Positions 7,334 to 17,088 of a DNA stretch of 64,000 nucleotides are shown here, in pieces (positions within the stretch are counted from its first letter, which is position 1; each line of letters opens with the position of its first letter). The stretch is taken from IMG/VR virus record IMGVR_UViG_3300037882_003354, positions 258,513-322,512 of that record; one strand, given 5' to 3'. The translations under genes were made by a program, and so were the position numbers. A model generated the notes under the pieces. The model saw only the letters and a program-made list of their open reading frames with translations, was not told the origin of the DNA and ran no database searches.

Positions 7334-10003
7334 TCAATCGAATGAGAATAGTTTGCCAAATGTATTTGTTTCTGTGGTACTATTTAGGTCCCAATCCAAG
7401 ACACCAATTAAATTGTCGATCTTGTTGTTGATGATCACAGCCTCCATCTCAGCATGATCAAATGGCAGTTCCTGGAACCATTTGGGTAATCTCAATTCAT
7501 CCACAGGATATGCAATGGATGTGTAGCCCAGGGGATTTGCTTTGACCTTGCACACAATGACCTTCATGCCGTCCACGATGTTGGTGCTGTACTTGTCTCC
7601 ATTCATGCGCTTGAGCGTGTTCCAATTGATGCTGGCTCTCACATGTCCTGGCATGTTGGCCCGGCCGGCCTTGAGTTCATCGGCCTGGTACTTGGCGATG
7701 TTGTTGGCTCGCTTGGGACTGCCCTTCTCCCAACCAGGACGCGACTTGAACTCAGTGCGGAATTCGCAGATGCGAGCCAGCACTTCCTTCTCCTGCCCAC
7801 CATTCAGCACCGTGGTCAGGATCTCCTCCAGGAACTTTTGCATGAACTCAGGTGTATCACTACGCCTGAGATCCAGTCCCATGGCCTTGATCTTGCCCGG
7901 CCGGCCTTCAATATCACTACGCTTGCCATCCTTGTCATAGTACAGCACAGCATAACGCTTCTTGGTAATGAACAGCCCCTTGATGGCCACAATTTCACGA
8001 CCAGCCTTGATGACTTCTCCACGACTCTTGGGACAATGGAATGCATCCAACATCAACTGCGGAAAGGTGCTGTTGACCTCTTGAGCAATGGTGTCATACA
8101 GTTGCACCACTGTGTCCTTGTCCCAGCGAATTTGACCCTTGTTAATTTCAGTCTTCAACGAACTGTATGCACTAAAGTAGGCACTATCAGTGTCACCGTA
8201 GATGATGGATTTGCCCATGTGATCATATTCTCCAGTGATCACCTCGTTGATCTTGCCGGCCATGTGCCGGGCAATGGCGCGTCCTGTGAGTGTGGTGCTC
8301 TGTCCAATGCGTTTGTCGAAGAACCTACAACCGGAATTTAAGATGGCGCCGTACAGACTGTTCAAGTTAATCTTCTTGACCAGTTGTCGTTTGTCCCAGT
8401 ACTCTTCCTCGATCTTGTTCTCGGCCAGTATGGCATCTTTGAGTTTGGCCTGCATTTCTTTTCTCTCGGAATACCAACGCTTGAGCAGACCAGGAATGAT
8501 GCCTTCACGCTCGTATGTGAAGATGGTGCCATTGGCTGACAACATCCAGGGCTTGTTGCTCTCATAGATCAATTCGTAAATTTGAGCACCGCTCATGACA
8601 TCAGTTTCGCCATTTTCCCAGTCCACGATGATGTCATGGCTACGATCCTGACTCATGACATATTCGTACTCGTCACTGCCAAACTTGCCTTCCCAGGCTC
8701 CTGAGAAAGTTGCGCCCTTGGCCATCTTGGCGTCAATGTCTGCCCGGGTATAATCCTGCCGCAGTTGCCCCACGATGGTTTCTGGTCCCATGTTCAGTGC
8801 ACGAATCACTGATGGATACAGACTGTTGATGTCCATGCTGCCAATCCAGTCATGCAAGCCCTTCTTGGGATATGCCACGTATGCACCGGCTGCCTGTGAC
8901 CCTTCATCGTCGTCCTTCTTGGGACGGCTGGGCACGATCAATCCTCTATGATGTGCTTCGTTGACAATGGCCTGCTCAGTGACTGCCACTGCGCCCATGG
9001 TGGTTTGCAGCAGCACGGTATTTTCGTGTGCCACAGTATTGGCCAGATCCAGGAATTTAAGTTTCTTGTCCAGTTTGTCCAAGAGTGCACAGTCCTGACG
9101 ATTGTATTCAATAAACTTTTTAAAGTCATTGTTATACAACTGATCCAGGGTGCCTTCATAGACTGTTTTAGTCTCGCCCAGTTCGTATTCAGCAATGGCA
9201 TCCAGTCGATAACTGTGTCGTTCTTCGTAGGTGTACTTGCGGTACAGTTCCAGGCTGTCCAGGTGCACTCGGCCCACTAGATCATAAGTGCTTGCTGCCT
9301 TGCCGTATTTTTCGTATTCTCGCTTCTTGGGGAAATGATTCCACAGACAAAATCTGCGAGTGTCCTCTTTGCTCAGGGCCTTGGTCACACGGTTCACGGT
9401 GTAGGGAATATCGAAACCCTCGCTGTTCCAACCACTCAGCACATCGGCATCTTCAATAAGATTCAGAAAGGCATCCAGCATTTCGGCTTCTGTGTCAAAC
9501 AGAATGGTATTGGGAAATTCTTTCACCATGTCCCTGGCCTGCTCTATGGTCAAGGTTTTGGGAGGTATTGCCAGGCACACCAGAGTGTCCATCCATTGCA
9601 GATGTACTGCAATGGCAGTGATGGGCATGAATGCATCTTCTGGACTGGCATAGCCGCGTTCAGGATCAAAGTCTACCTCAATGTCGAACCAGGCCACGTT
9701 GAGTCGGGGACCATCTCGCCCCAGGTAATTCTCTTCCAGGCATCTGAACACTGGATTCATATCGCTCTCATACAAGCGATGATCACTGTGCACTCGTTGT
9801 TCTTTGGTGTGTTCCTTGAAGCTACGTGAAGTCACCTTGCTTAGGTTTTCACCATGTATGCTCTTGTACTTGCCACGAGCATCGGGATAATAGAACATGT
9901 ACTTGGCAGGATAATCTTGATAGATTCTGCCTTTTTTCGGGTCTCGCTCCACGACATGGATGATATCCTTGTCGCGATCCCATACTGAATCCACATATGA
10001 CAT
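7334..10003 (-). CDS. family B DNA polymerase with 3'-5' exonuclease
   Basis: Exo FDIEV, GWNSEGFDIPY, YNRQD; Pol DINSLYPS, KINLNSLYG, YGDTDS, KKRY. Confidence 0.97.
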   Translation of the reverse strand: MSYVDSVWDRDKDIIHVVERDPKKGRIYQDYPAKYMFYYPDARGKYKSIHGENLSKVTSRSFKEHTKEQRVHSDHRLYESDMNPVFRCLEENYLGRDGPRLNVAWFDIEVDFDPERGYASPEDAFMPITAIAVHLQWMDTLVCLAIPPKTLTIEQARDMVKEFPNTILFDTEAEMLDAFLNLIEDADVLSGWNSEGFDIPYTVNRVTKALSKEDTRRFCLWNHFPKKREYEKYGKAASTYDLVGRVHLDSLELYRKYTYEERHSYRLDAIAEYELGETKTVYEGTLDQLYNNDFKKFIEYNRQDCALLDKLDKKLKFLDLANTVAHENTVLLQTTMGAVAVTEQAIVNEAHHRGLIVPSRPKKDDDEGSQAAGAYVAYPKKGLHDWIGSMDINSLYPSVIRALNMGPETIVGQLRQDYTRADIDAKMAKGATFSGAWEGKFGSDEYEYVMSQDRSHDIIVDWENGETDVMSGAQIYELIYESNKPWMLSANGTIFTYEREGIIPGLLKRWYSERKEMQAKLKDAILAENKIEEEYWDKRQLVKKINLNSLYGAILNSGCRFFDKRIGQSTTLTGRAIARHMAGKINEVITGEYDHMGKSIIYGDTDSAYFSAYSSLKTEINKGQIRWDKDTVVQLYDTIAQEVNSTFPQLMLDAFHCPKSRGEVIKAGREIVAIKGLFITKKRYAVLYYDKDGKRSDIEGRPGKIKAMGLDLRRSDTPEFMQKFLEEILTTVLNGGQEKEVLARICEFRTEFKSRPGWEKGSPKRANNIAKYQADELKAGRANMPGHVRASINWNTLKRMNGDKYSTNIVDGMKVIVCKVKANPLGYTSIAYPVDELRLPKWFQELPFDHAEMEAVIINNKIDNLIGVLDWDLNSTTETNTFGKLFSFD

Positions 10004-10011
10004 AACTCGTT

Positions 10012-10065
10012 CTCCTTTTGTGATTTACGGCTCACAAATACCCTGTTGATCACTTATGGCCGATC
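10012..10065 (-). promoter_or_regulatory. twin-hairpin element directly upstream of the polymerase RBS (candidate translational operator)
   Basis: GATCG-GCCATAAG-TGATC and TTTGTGA-GCCGTAAA-TCACAAA, followed by AGGAG. Confidence 0.55.
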
Positions 10066-10076
10066 TTGCCTTGCTC

Positions 10077-10367
10077 TTAATTAATCAGCATCCTGACTAA
10101 CCCAACACTGTCAATTGTGACTAACAGCATATAGTTTAACAGCATGCCAAAACTTTGTCTAGTATATGCGGCCCAGGCATACATACTACATCCTATGATC
10201 CAGATGGGATACAGCATGAGCAAGGGCGGTGTGGGCACAGTGATGGCCATGATGATAGCACATCCGATACTCATGGCCCAGGCCGCCAGTTCTACCCAAA
10301 ACCGATAGGGATGTGATCGTCGGTCCAATGCGATCCAGGTCAGAGTGCCCTGGAAAATTTTAATCAT
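10077..10367 (-). CDS. small membrane protein
   Basis: three hydrophobic segments; ATG 10367 overlaps the upstream stop. Confidence 0.7.
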   Translation of the reverse strand: MIKIFQGTLTWIALDRRSHPYRFWVELAAWAMSIGCAIIMAITVPTPPLLMLYPIWIIGCSMYAWAAYTRQSFGMLLNYMLLVTIDSVGLVRMLIN

Positions 10368-10632
10368 CTTTACGGCGATTAGCGTGACCGGAAATATCCA
10401 CGATGGTCTCCAGATCATCAAATTCACGGAACACTTGGTCCCATTGATCCTTCTGTGCAATGCGAATTGCCTTGCGAATCACACTGGGTTTAACATCCAG
10501 TTCTTCTGCCACGGCCATGATGGTTTCTTTCAAACCCTCTGTGAGATCAGCGATCTCCTGCATGACTGTGATGCCCTCGGCAACGATTTGCTTGATTTTG
10601 GCCTGTTCCGGAGCACCGAATGATTTTCCCAT
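10360..10632 (-). CDS. dsDNA-binding protein, T4 DsbA/GapR-like (probable)
   Basis: 90-aa helical protein with LKETIMAVAEELDVKPSVIRKAI pattern; own sigma70 promoter and AGGAG RBS. Confidence 0.55.
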   Translation of the reverse strand: MGKSFGAPEQAKIKQIVAEGITVMQEIADLTEGLKETIMAVAEELDVKPSVIRKAIRIAQKDQWDQVFREFDDLETIVDISGHANRRKDD

Positions 10633-10655
10633 GATTTTATATCTCCTTGTAAGCT

Positions 10656-10684
10656 AGTATACAACCTGACAAGGGATAAATCAA
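10656..10684 (-). promoter_or_regulatory. sigma70-type promoter
   Basis: TTGATT-17bp-TATACT. Confidence 0.65.
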
Positions 10685-10685
10685 G

Positions 10686-10898
10686 TTATTCAATAGTTTT
10701 GCCAGCCTTTTTCACCCAATCGTCTGGAATTCGATTATGTTTTTCCACAAAAAGGTCATGCAATTTTTTAGGAGTGATGTTATATTTTTTAGCGATGGAT
10801 TTCATCATGTGATCAATGGCATCATATCCCAGCGGATTTTTTAAATCTTTTTCCAGATCCTTGACAGCATCTTCTCTGATCAAATCTAAAATTTTCAT
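10686..10898 (-). CDS. small putative internal head protein
   Basis: MKILDLIRE N-terminus. Confidence 0.6.
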   Translation of the reverse strand: MKILDLIREDAVKDLEKDLKNPLGYDAIDHMMKSIAKKYNITPKKLHDLFVEKHNRIPDDWVKKAGKTIE

Positions 10899-13054
10899 TT
10901 CTTCTTGCTGGGATTCTTGGCAGCATAACTAGCAGCCACTGCCATTTGACGACGCTTTTCCTTGGTCTTGCCACGGAATTGTGGAGCATTGGATTTTTCA
11001 AAGTCTTTGATGTATACATCCACTGGCGCATTTGCTGGAATCTTCTCTGCCAGAACATTTTCTAGAGTGGCTTGCAACCTTTGGGCATACGCATCACTAG
11101 ATTCGTTGGGCACACAATTGTTCACTCGGATGCCGCCCTTGATCTTGGTGCCCTCTTTGTGCTTGCCCTTCCAGCACTTGGCATCAAGTCGTTGTTTGAT
11201 TTCCATCATGTTGTTGCCATGTGTTTCACACATGCCACAATCTGGACATGTCATTTCCATCATCAGGTCTTCATTGTGTTTTTTCTTACCAGCACAATGT
11301 GCCTTTTGACTGAAGCCCTTGGGATGACTGCAATTGATGCTGCCCTTGTACTTTTGACTCCAGGCTTCATTATAGTTGTCGTGTTTGTCACGAATGGCAT
11401 CCAACTTCTTTTCACTGGCACCATCACGCCCTGCCTTGGCCAATGATTGCATGCCTTTTTTACCATACTTCTCATAGCCTTTGGCAGCACGACTCATTGT
11501 ACGCTCGCCTTCTGCCACATCTTCTTCCTTGGCAGTCTTTGCTGCGTCTTTCCAGGCCTGGTCCGTGGGTGCTTTGGGGTTGGATGCAGATCTACTGGTG
11601 CCTGCCTGCTTGCGCTTGTTCACATAGTAGTAAAGACCTTTCTTCTCAGCCTCCGCTACACCTTGCTCGCCGATCTTGTCACCAGGAACATTACCTTTCA
11701 TTCGTATGACACTTTTAGCACTGTGACCGGCGGCAATGCGTCGGGCGTCGGCATCATCTTTGGCAACAAACTTCTTTACTTGACCATTACGCAGCATCAT
11801 TTCGTATTTTTGTGTTGATCCTTCTTCCACACCTTCGTCCTTGGCCCGTCCTGACTTCATGTTAGCCAACCAATGCGCCATGCGTTGCTTCTCACCAGAA
11901 CTATGCCGGGCTGTGTCGCGCAATGAGCTGACACTGGCCCCGGTGTTGACTCCCGAACGTTTGGCCAGGCCCTTACGACCAGGGTTTTTGCCATCTTTGA
12001 AGTTTTCCGCCATGCCTGTGTCATGTTGCTCACCACTGATGCTTTGCAACACAGAATTTAGATAATCAGCGGCCTTGGTGATCTTGCTCTGTTGCCAGGC
12101 TTGCAATCCCTCACGTTCGCTGTACCGGCGCACCAGGTCCAACAAATTCACGGCATTTTTGGCAATGCTCTGCAACTCACTGCTGGCCATCTGAATCTCG
12201 TGATCTTCCGACACACCTTCTTTTGGTTCAGGTAAGTCAGGTAAGCCTAATTTTTTAAGAAGTTCAGGATTTACTTTTTTTAGTTTTTGTAGTTGCGACT
12301 GTATTTCTTTTTTACGCTGGGCTATTGCTTCTGGGCTATAGGCGCGCTGTTCTCTACGATCACCGCTGGGAGTACGATTATCCATTTCGGTAACATCTTT
12401 ACTTGCGGTCTTTTCGGACAATTTCTTGCCAATTTGTTCCGACCTGATCATTTTGATCAAACCGAGTTGTTCTCTGGCAATTTTATGTTCAGGATTCTTT
12501 TCCAGAGCACGATTCCAGAACTGTATTAAATCAGCCAATTCTTTGTCGCTCTTGCTTCTTAAATTTTGCTCTTGGTTGAAGGGGCTGGAATTAGAGCCCT
12601 CCGCCACATCTTTCTGGCCACGCAGGTCTTTCAACCGGGCCTTCAACTGGTTTAACTCGCCAGCATTACTGTCTGTTCCGGACAGTTTGCGGTCATACAT
12701 TATTTGACGGATGCGAGTCTCAATTTGTTTTTCGGTGGTGTACTCATCTGCACTTTCAGCAAAAGGTTTTTTGTGTTTTTCGTTGCCCTGCTTCTGTGCT
12801 CGCTTTTTGTCCACGTGAGCGCCAGCACCTCCTGTGGTGGCATTCTTGGCTACAAAGTTTCTGGGCTTGCTAGTAGGAACCACTTCTTTTTTATCTGCTT
12901 CTTGTGCAATCAGATTGTCACCACGTTTGCGAACACCACCCATGGGGCTACTCACACTGGCAATACTTCCTGAACTGGTACCGCCGCCGGTTGCACTTTC
13001 CAGTGTATACACAGTTTCCGTTTTGTTTTGTTTTTTGCTGAATTCGGTTGTCAT
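10895..13054 (-). CDS. modular basic protein with repeated (V/L/M)xE sites; putative protease-processed internal head polyprotein
   Basis: DVAEG x2, GVAEA, GVEEG, GVSED, GMAEN, FAES, VLAEK separate short K/R-rich modules. Confidence 0.6.
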   Translation of the reverse strand: MTTEFSKKQNKTETVYTLESATGGGTSSGSIASVSSPMGGVRKRGDNLIAQEADKKEVVPTSKPRNFVAKNATTGGAGAHVDKKRAQKQGNEKHKKPFAESADEYTTEKQIETRIRQIMYDRKLSGTDSNAGELNQLKARLKDLRGQKDVAEGSNSSPFNQEQNLRSKSDKELADLIQFWNRALEKNPEHKIAREQLGLIKMIRSEQIGKKLSEKTASKDVTEMDNRTPSGDRREQRAYSPEAIAQRKKEIQSQLQKLKKVNPELLKKLGLPDLPEPKEGVSEDHEIQMASSELQSIAKNAVNLLDLVRRYSEREGLQAWQQSKITKAADYLNSVLQSISGEQHDTGMAENFKDGKNPGRKGLAKRSGVNTGASVSSLRDTARHSSGEKQRMAHWLANMKSGRAKDEGVEEGSTQKYEMMLRNGQVKKFVAKDDADARRIAAGHSAKSVIRMKGNVPGDKIGEQGVAEAEKKGLYYYVNKRKQAGTSRSASNPKAPTDQAWKDAAKTAKEEDVAEGERTMSRAAKGYEKYGKKGMQSLAKAGRDGASEKKLDAIRDKHDNYNEAWSQKYKGSINCSHPKGFSQKAHCAGKKKHNEDLMMEMTCPDCGMCETHGNNMMEIKQRLDAKCWKGKHKEGTKIKGGIRVNNCVPNESSDAYAQRLQATLENVLAEKIPANAPVDVYIKDFEKSNAPQFRGKTKEKRRQMAVAASYAAKNPSKKK

Positions 13055-13419
13055 TTTTTATTCATCCAATTGTTTATGGGACTCACAGTGTTGGTGGTCT
13101 TTAGTTCTTCACTGTCCATGTTACCATGATTGATGTCTTCGTAGTCGGCACCCATGGCCTCGGCTGCTTGCTTGAACATTTCTTGTTCTAGGGGTGTGTA
13201 TGGATGCACAGTTTTCTTTTTGCCGTACCATGATTTATAATCCATATCCAGTGGATCAGATCCGTTGGCGCACGCCATGGCCAGGCCCATTCGGTATGCT
13301 GTGTAAGTGCTATCCATACGCTCATGGTCGCCGTAGGTGTTGATGCCCACACTGGACTGTTGTGCTCTTTGGGAAATTTTTCCAACGGTTTTTTCCACAA
13401 TGAATTCTTTGGATCTCAT
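13051..13419 (-). CDS. putative internal head protein
   Basis: MRSKEFIVE N-terminus. Confidence 0.6.
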   Translation of the reverse strand: MRSKEFIVEKTVGKISQRAQQSSVGINTYGDHERMDSTYTAYRMGLAMACANGSDPLDMDYKSWYGKKKTVHPYTPLEQEMFKQAAEAMGADYEDINHGNMDSEELKTTNTVSPINNWMNKK

Positions 13420-13423
13420 GGCA

Positions 13424-13861
13424 TTATACTTTTGAACTGGCTTTTAGGAACCAGGCATGCTTTTTATGTGAGTCCATGCGTTCTGCAAGAAAATTTGAAA
13501 GTCCATGTGCACCAGCAACCTCAGCAGCATCATAATTTTTCTTTAATACTATCTGTATACGCTCGCTGTCTTGCAACAGTTCTTGGATCATGTCTTCCTT
13601 GCTGGGCACGCGATCTTCATCTTCAATGCGGGTCAACATGCTGAGATTGTGGTAACTGGTGGGCATGTAACCCCCCAGTTTACGTACATTTTCTGCATAG
13701 GGGTCAATGGCACCGTAAACTTCAGTGTAGATTTCTTCAAACAATTTATGGTATTCGTAAAAGTCTGACCCCTCTATGTTCCAGTGCATGGAATGCACCT
13801 TGACATAAAAACTAAAAGTGGTGGCAAAACCTATACGAGTCAGTTGAATTAATTTATCCAT
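13424..13861 (-). CDS. dps: Dps / ferritin-like DNA protection protein
   Basis: HWNIEGSDFYEYHKLFEEIY...IDPYAE...HKKHAWFL. Confidence 0.9.
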   Translation of the reverse strand: MDKLIQLTRIGFATTFSFYVKVHSMHWNIEGSDFYEYHKLFEEIYTEVYGAIDPYAENVRKLGGYMPTSYHNLSMLTRIEDEDRVPSKEDMIQELLQDSERIQIVLKKNYDAAEVAGAHGLSNFLAERMDSHKKHAWFLKASSKV

Positions 13862-13862
13862 T

Positions 13863-14171
13863 TTATTCCCCCACCGGCTTCTCGCCGGTCATGTATTGTC
13901 TGGCAAACCATAATCGAAACCATTCGGGAGTGCCAGGGCGAATGTCATTCTGCCGCATGATCTCTGCCTTCTCTGTTCCGGTTACACTGATATTACTACC
14001 TTTATTTATTTCTTCTTGGTGGCGTCGGTATTCTGCCAGCCGGGCTTGACCACCCAGCCCTGCCAGATACTGTACAATTTTTAACTCGTGTATGGGATCC
14101 GCTGGGTCAAGATGGCAGTCATCAGGGTCATCCCTGGGGATATTATCAGTGCTTATTCGGTACTGCTTCAT
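13863..14171 (-). CDS. hypothetical protein
   Basis: ORF in operon, IRPGTPEWFRLWF motif. Confidence 0.7.
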   Translation of the reverse strand: MKQYRISTDNIPRDDPDDCHLDPADPIHELKIVQYLAGLGGQARLAEYRRHQEEINKGSNISVTGTEKAEIMRQNDIRPGTPEWFRLWFARQYMTGEKPVGE

Positions 14172-16063
14172 TTGACTGCACGTTCTATCAATCGCAGCAT
14201 GGCCTGGGCCATGGCCATCTCATATTCTTCACCCAGCGGAACCTGACGGCTTTCTGCGACCGGCGCTGGTGCAGCAGGCGCCGCTGGTGCAGGTTCATCA
14301 GTCAGTCCCATGCCTTCTCTGGTGGCTTGATACAAGGTCTTGCCAGCCACTTGGATCTTGGCTCCAACTCCAGTTGCTTGTTGGAATCCTGACTCATTGC
14401 CCTCAGCGGCATATTTACGAGCCAAGGATCCACTGATTCCAGTGACATTGGTAGTATCAGCATCTCTTTCACCGCTGCTGACAAAACTCAGGTGCACATA
14501 TTCTCTGGCACCTGCGGGGTCAGTCGAACGGACTGGTCCGCTGTTCCAGCCGTTGAGTAATTTCTCAATGCTGCCAGCACCCTTGCCCAGACGATCACTG
14601 CCGCCAATGAATGTCATGTTGCGGAATCCCTTGGCATACAACCAATTGGCTGCATAGATGGGACCCAGTACATAGTCAGTGACGATGTGCTTGGCAAACT
14701 CAGGATAAATTTGTTTGATGAACGCAGCCTTGGTGGCGGGATCCAGAGGATCGTCCTTGGTGCCACTGCTGTTGCTCAGGAATATGAAACTGTTGGCGCC
14801 GCCGGTCTCCACGGTCTTTGCCATGACCAACTGATGTCCCAGGGTGGGTGGATTCATGCGGCCGAAACAGAACGCAGCCATGGGGCCCTGTTTTTTAGCA
14901 GCAACTTCTTCATCAGGCACTCGGTGCTTGGCAAAGTTGGCACGACTGAATCCCAGACGATCAATCAACTTGAGTTTGTCCTTGCCACCACCGAAAACAT
15001 AACCTTCGTGTGCGTTAACACCATCTGTGATGGCAATGATTTCACTGCCCTGTTGCTGGGAGTCAATCTGTTGCTTGATGTGTGTCTTGAGTTCAGTCAC
15101 TGCTGCCCACATGGTCCAGATGCCCAACAGTCCAGGACCACCACCATCTTCTTGATACAACCAACCGTCCCGGTTGGTGCCCAGCATTTTTTGTGCAGCA
15201 CCTTCGCTCAGTCGGCCACGAACAAACTCCAGGAATCTGGGCACGATTTCGTTGCTGATGTCATTCTCTTCCAGCATGCTGGTGATAAACGGACCCATGG
15301 CTGTGATCACACTCTTGCCCTTCATGGCAGTCAGCTCATCAATAAATTTGTCCACAGCCGGCCCATTGGCAGCAATGATGTTTTGAGTCTCTTTGATCAA
15401 GTTGGGATTAATTTTAACTATTGGCTTATCACGCATTTCACCAACCATGAAAGTGACACCTTGTTTTTCTTTGAGACCCTTCAATCCCACCAGTGGTGTG
15501 TCTCCCTGACCCAGACCAGGAATATAAGTGTGCACAGCAATACCGCCCACGCTGGCACCAATGGTTTCACCAAGTTCGCCCTCAATCTTCACACGATATT
15601 CCACGGTGTTGGGCTTGAATACAAAATATCCATTGTCAGTGGGTGGCGTACCAGTCCACATGAGATCGCCCATGTAGAAGAAATCGGTGCCCTGTGGTAC
15701 AATTCGCTCCAGGGCAGGGCGCAAGATACTCTCCTTCTCCCAGAGATCATTACGGTTGGCGCCACGACCTTCGTCATATGCCCTGATGGTCATGAATTCC
15801 ATCTTGCCCTTGGCCACCTTGTCGTACATGTGTTTGTCTGCAAACACCAGTTGACCCTGATCATCTCGTCCAAACACCACGGCGGGAAATCCATCCCACT
15901 TGACAGTCACTGTCTTGGGGTCTTTTTGCAAGGAAATCAGTTCCTGCACCACTCGCTGTGCGCCCTTGCTGCCACTTGTGATGATGAGATCTTCAGGGTG
16001 GTCAATGCCTTCACGCAACACCGGCGCTGTACTTGAACGGTTGAACAGTTCTCTTAGTATCAT
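14168..16063 (-). CDS. RNA-ligase-like covalent nucleotidyltransferase domain fused to a HIGH-superfamily (cytidylyl/adenylyltransferase-like) domain
   Basis: N-terminal KWDG, MGDL, HEGYV, KLIDR; C-terminal FGRMNPPTLGH, GSDR, ISGSLAR. Confidence 0.65.
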   Translation of the reverse strand: MILRELFNRSSTAPVLREGIDHPEDLIITSGSKGAQRVVQELISLQKDPKTVTVKWDGFPAVVFGRDDQGQLVFADKHMYDKVAKGKMEFMTIRAYDEGRGANRNDLWEKESILRPALERIVPQGTDFFYMGDLMWTGTPPTDNGYFVFKPNTVEYRVKIEGELGETIGASVGGIAVHTYIPGLGQGDTPLVGLKGLKEKQGVTFMVGEMRDKPIVKINPNLIKETQNIIAANGPAVDKFIDELTAMKGKSVITAMGPFITSMLEENDISNEIVPRFLEFVRGRLSEGAAQKMLGTNRDGWLYQEDGGGPGLLGIWTMWAAVTELKTHIKQQIDSQQQGSEIIAITDGVNAHEGYVFGGGKDKLKLIDRLGFSRANFAKHRVPDEEVAAKKQGPMAAFCFGRMNPPTLGHQLVMAKTVETGGANSFIFLSNSSGTKDDPLDPATKAAFIKQIYPEFAKHIVTDYVLGPIYAANWLYAKGFRNMTFIGGSDRLGKGAGSIEKLLNGWNSGPVRSTDPAGAREYVHLSFVSSGERDADTTNVTGISGSLARKYAAEGNESGFQQATGVGAKIQVAGKTLYQATREGMGLTDEPAPAAPAAPAPVAESRQVPLGEEYEMAMAQAMLRLIERAVK

Positions 16064-17088
16064 GATGCAAATAATCCTTTAACCATTTCCAATCCACTCA
16101 GGATCTTTTTCTTGTCTTCTTCTGCCCGTGCCATGGCCTGTGGGGTCTCTGCCTTGTCACGTTTTTTGCCCTGAACATCTATCATGGCCTTCTCTTCATA
16201 ACGACGGACAAACTGAGACAAGAAGTCATCTGCTGATGTAAAATTGGCCAGGTTGCCCTGACCAAACATGTTGTTGATTTCAAAACTACGTGCCAATCCT
16301 TTGACACCGTTGACCAGTATGGAAATCTTGATGTTGTTGATGTCTGATCCTGTGTTTTGTTTTAACAATGGATCTACCTTGACTCGGCCGAGGTCACCAC
16401 CTGCCTGCTGTACTTCGTATTTGAAGATGTCCAACAGCCAGGTGTTGGGATTGGTGGTGACTGTGACGGTCTGAGTGTCTTTTTGCTTGGAGAACGACAC
16501 ACGCTGGTCGTCCACAACTTTTAACTGTACTCCAGCATGTTGTATGCTCATGTCCAAGAGTTCACCAGTCACGCTGTACATGTTGCCAGCCAGTAATCCC
16601 TTTTGTCCACGCTCGGGTGTCACACGAGTGGCTCCCCAGTCTCTCATCTTTTCCTCGTGCCACATGAAATCAATCTGTACAAAGTCCTTGGCACCGATCT
16701 TGAATATGGGATGCCCGGGCTTGCTTTCGGCTGTGTCCACATAGGGCACATGCCCTGCTTTGACAAACTCGTCTGCTAGTTTATTCCAATGGGTAGTGAA
16801 CTGACCGTAACTGGTGCCCTCCACTGGCGGGGCGATCATTTGCAGATCAATGTCTCCGTATATTTTATCTGGATTCTCTGCGGCATCTTGCTCGTGGTAG
16901 GCGCTGCTGCCTGTGGGACGACCGCGTTCTACGGGGCCTAAACCTTTTTGTTCTAGGAATCGGTTAAAGTCTGTAACGAAGTTGTCAACCACCTTGAGGG
17001 CATGACCCACCACAGCGGGATGCAACACAGTTCCTTGTGTGATCTTGGTGTCCCATCCACCTTCTCTGAGTAATTCAAAGATTTTCAT
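16060..17088 (-). CDS. Pol-beta-superfamily nucleotidyltransferase (putative)
   Basis: TGSSAY...YGDIDL and third Asp in VQIDF; MKIFELLREGG N-terminus. Confidence 0.6.
   Translation of the reverse strand: MKIFELLREGGWDTKITQGTVLHPAVVGHALKVVDNFVTDFNRFLEQKGLGPVERGRPTGSSAYHEQDAAENPDKIYGDIDLQMIAPPVEGTSYGQFTTHWNKLADEFVKAGHVPYVDTAESKPGHPIFKIGAKDFVQIDFMWHEEKMRDWGATRVTPERGQKGLLAGNMYSVTGELLDMSIQHAGVQLKVVDDQRVSFSKQKDTQTVTVTTNPNTWLLDIFKYEVQQAGGDLGRVKVDPLLKQNTGSDINNIKISILVNGVKGLARSFEINNMFGQGNLANFTSADDFLSQFVRRYEEKAMIDVQGKKRDKAETPQAMARAEEDKKKILSGLEMVKGLFAS

Noticed and set aside
7334-10003. Intein or intron in the DNA polymerase
   Set aside because: Uninterrupted 889-aa ORF with normally spaced motifs
14687-16036. 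449-aa plus-strand ORF
   Set aside because: Antisense shadow of the motif-bearing 631-aa gene; no recognisable motifs
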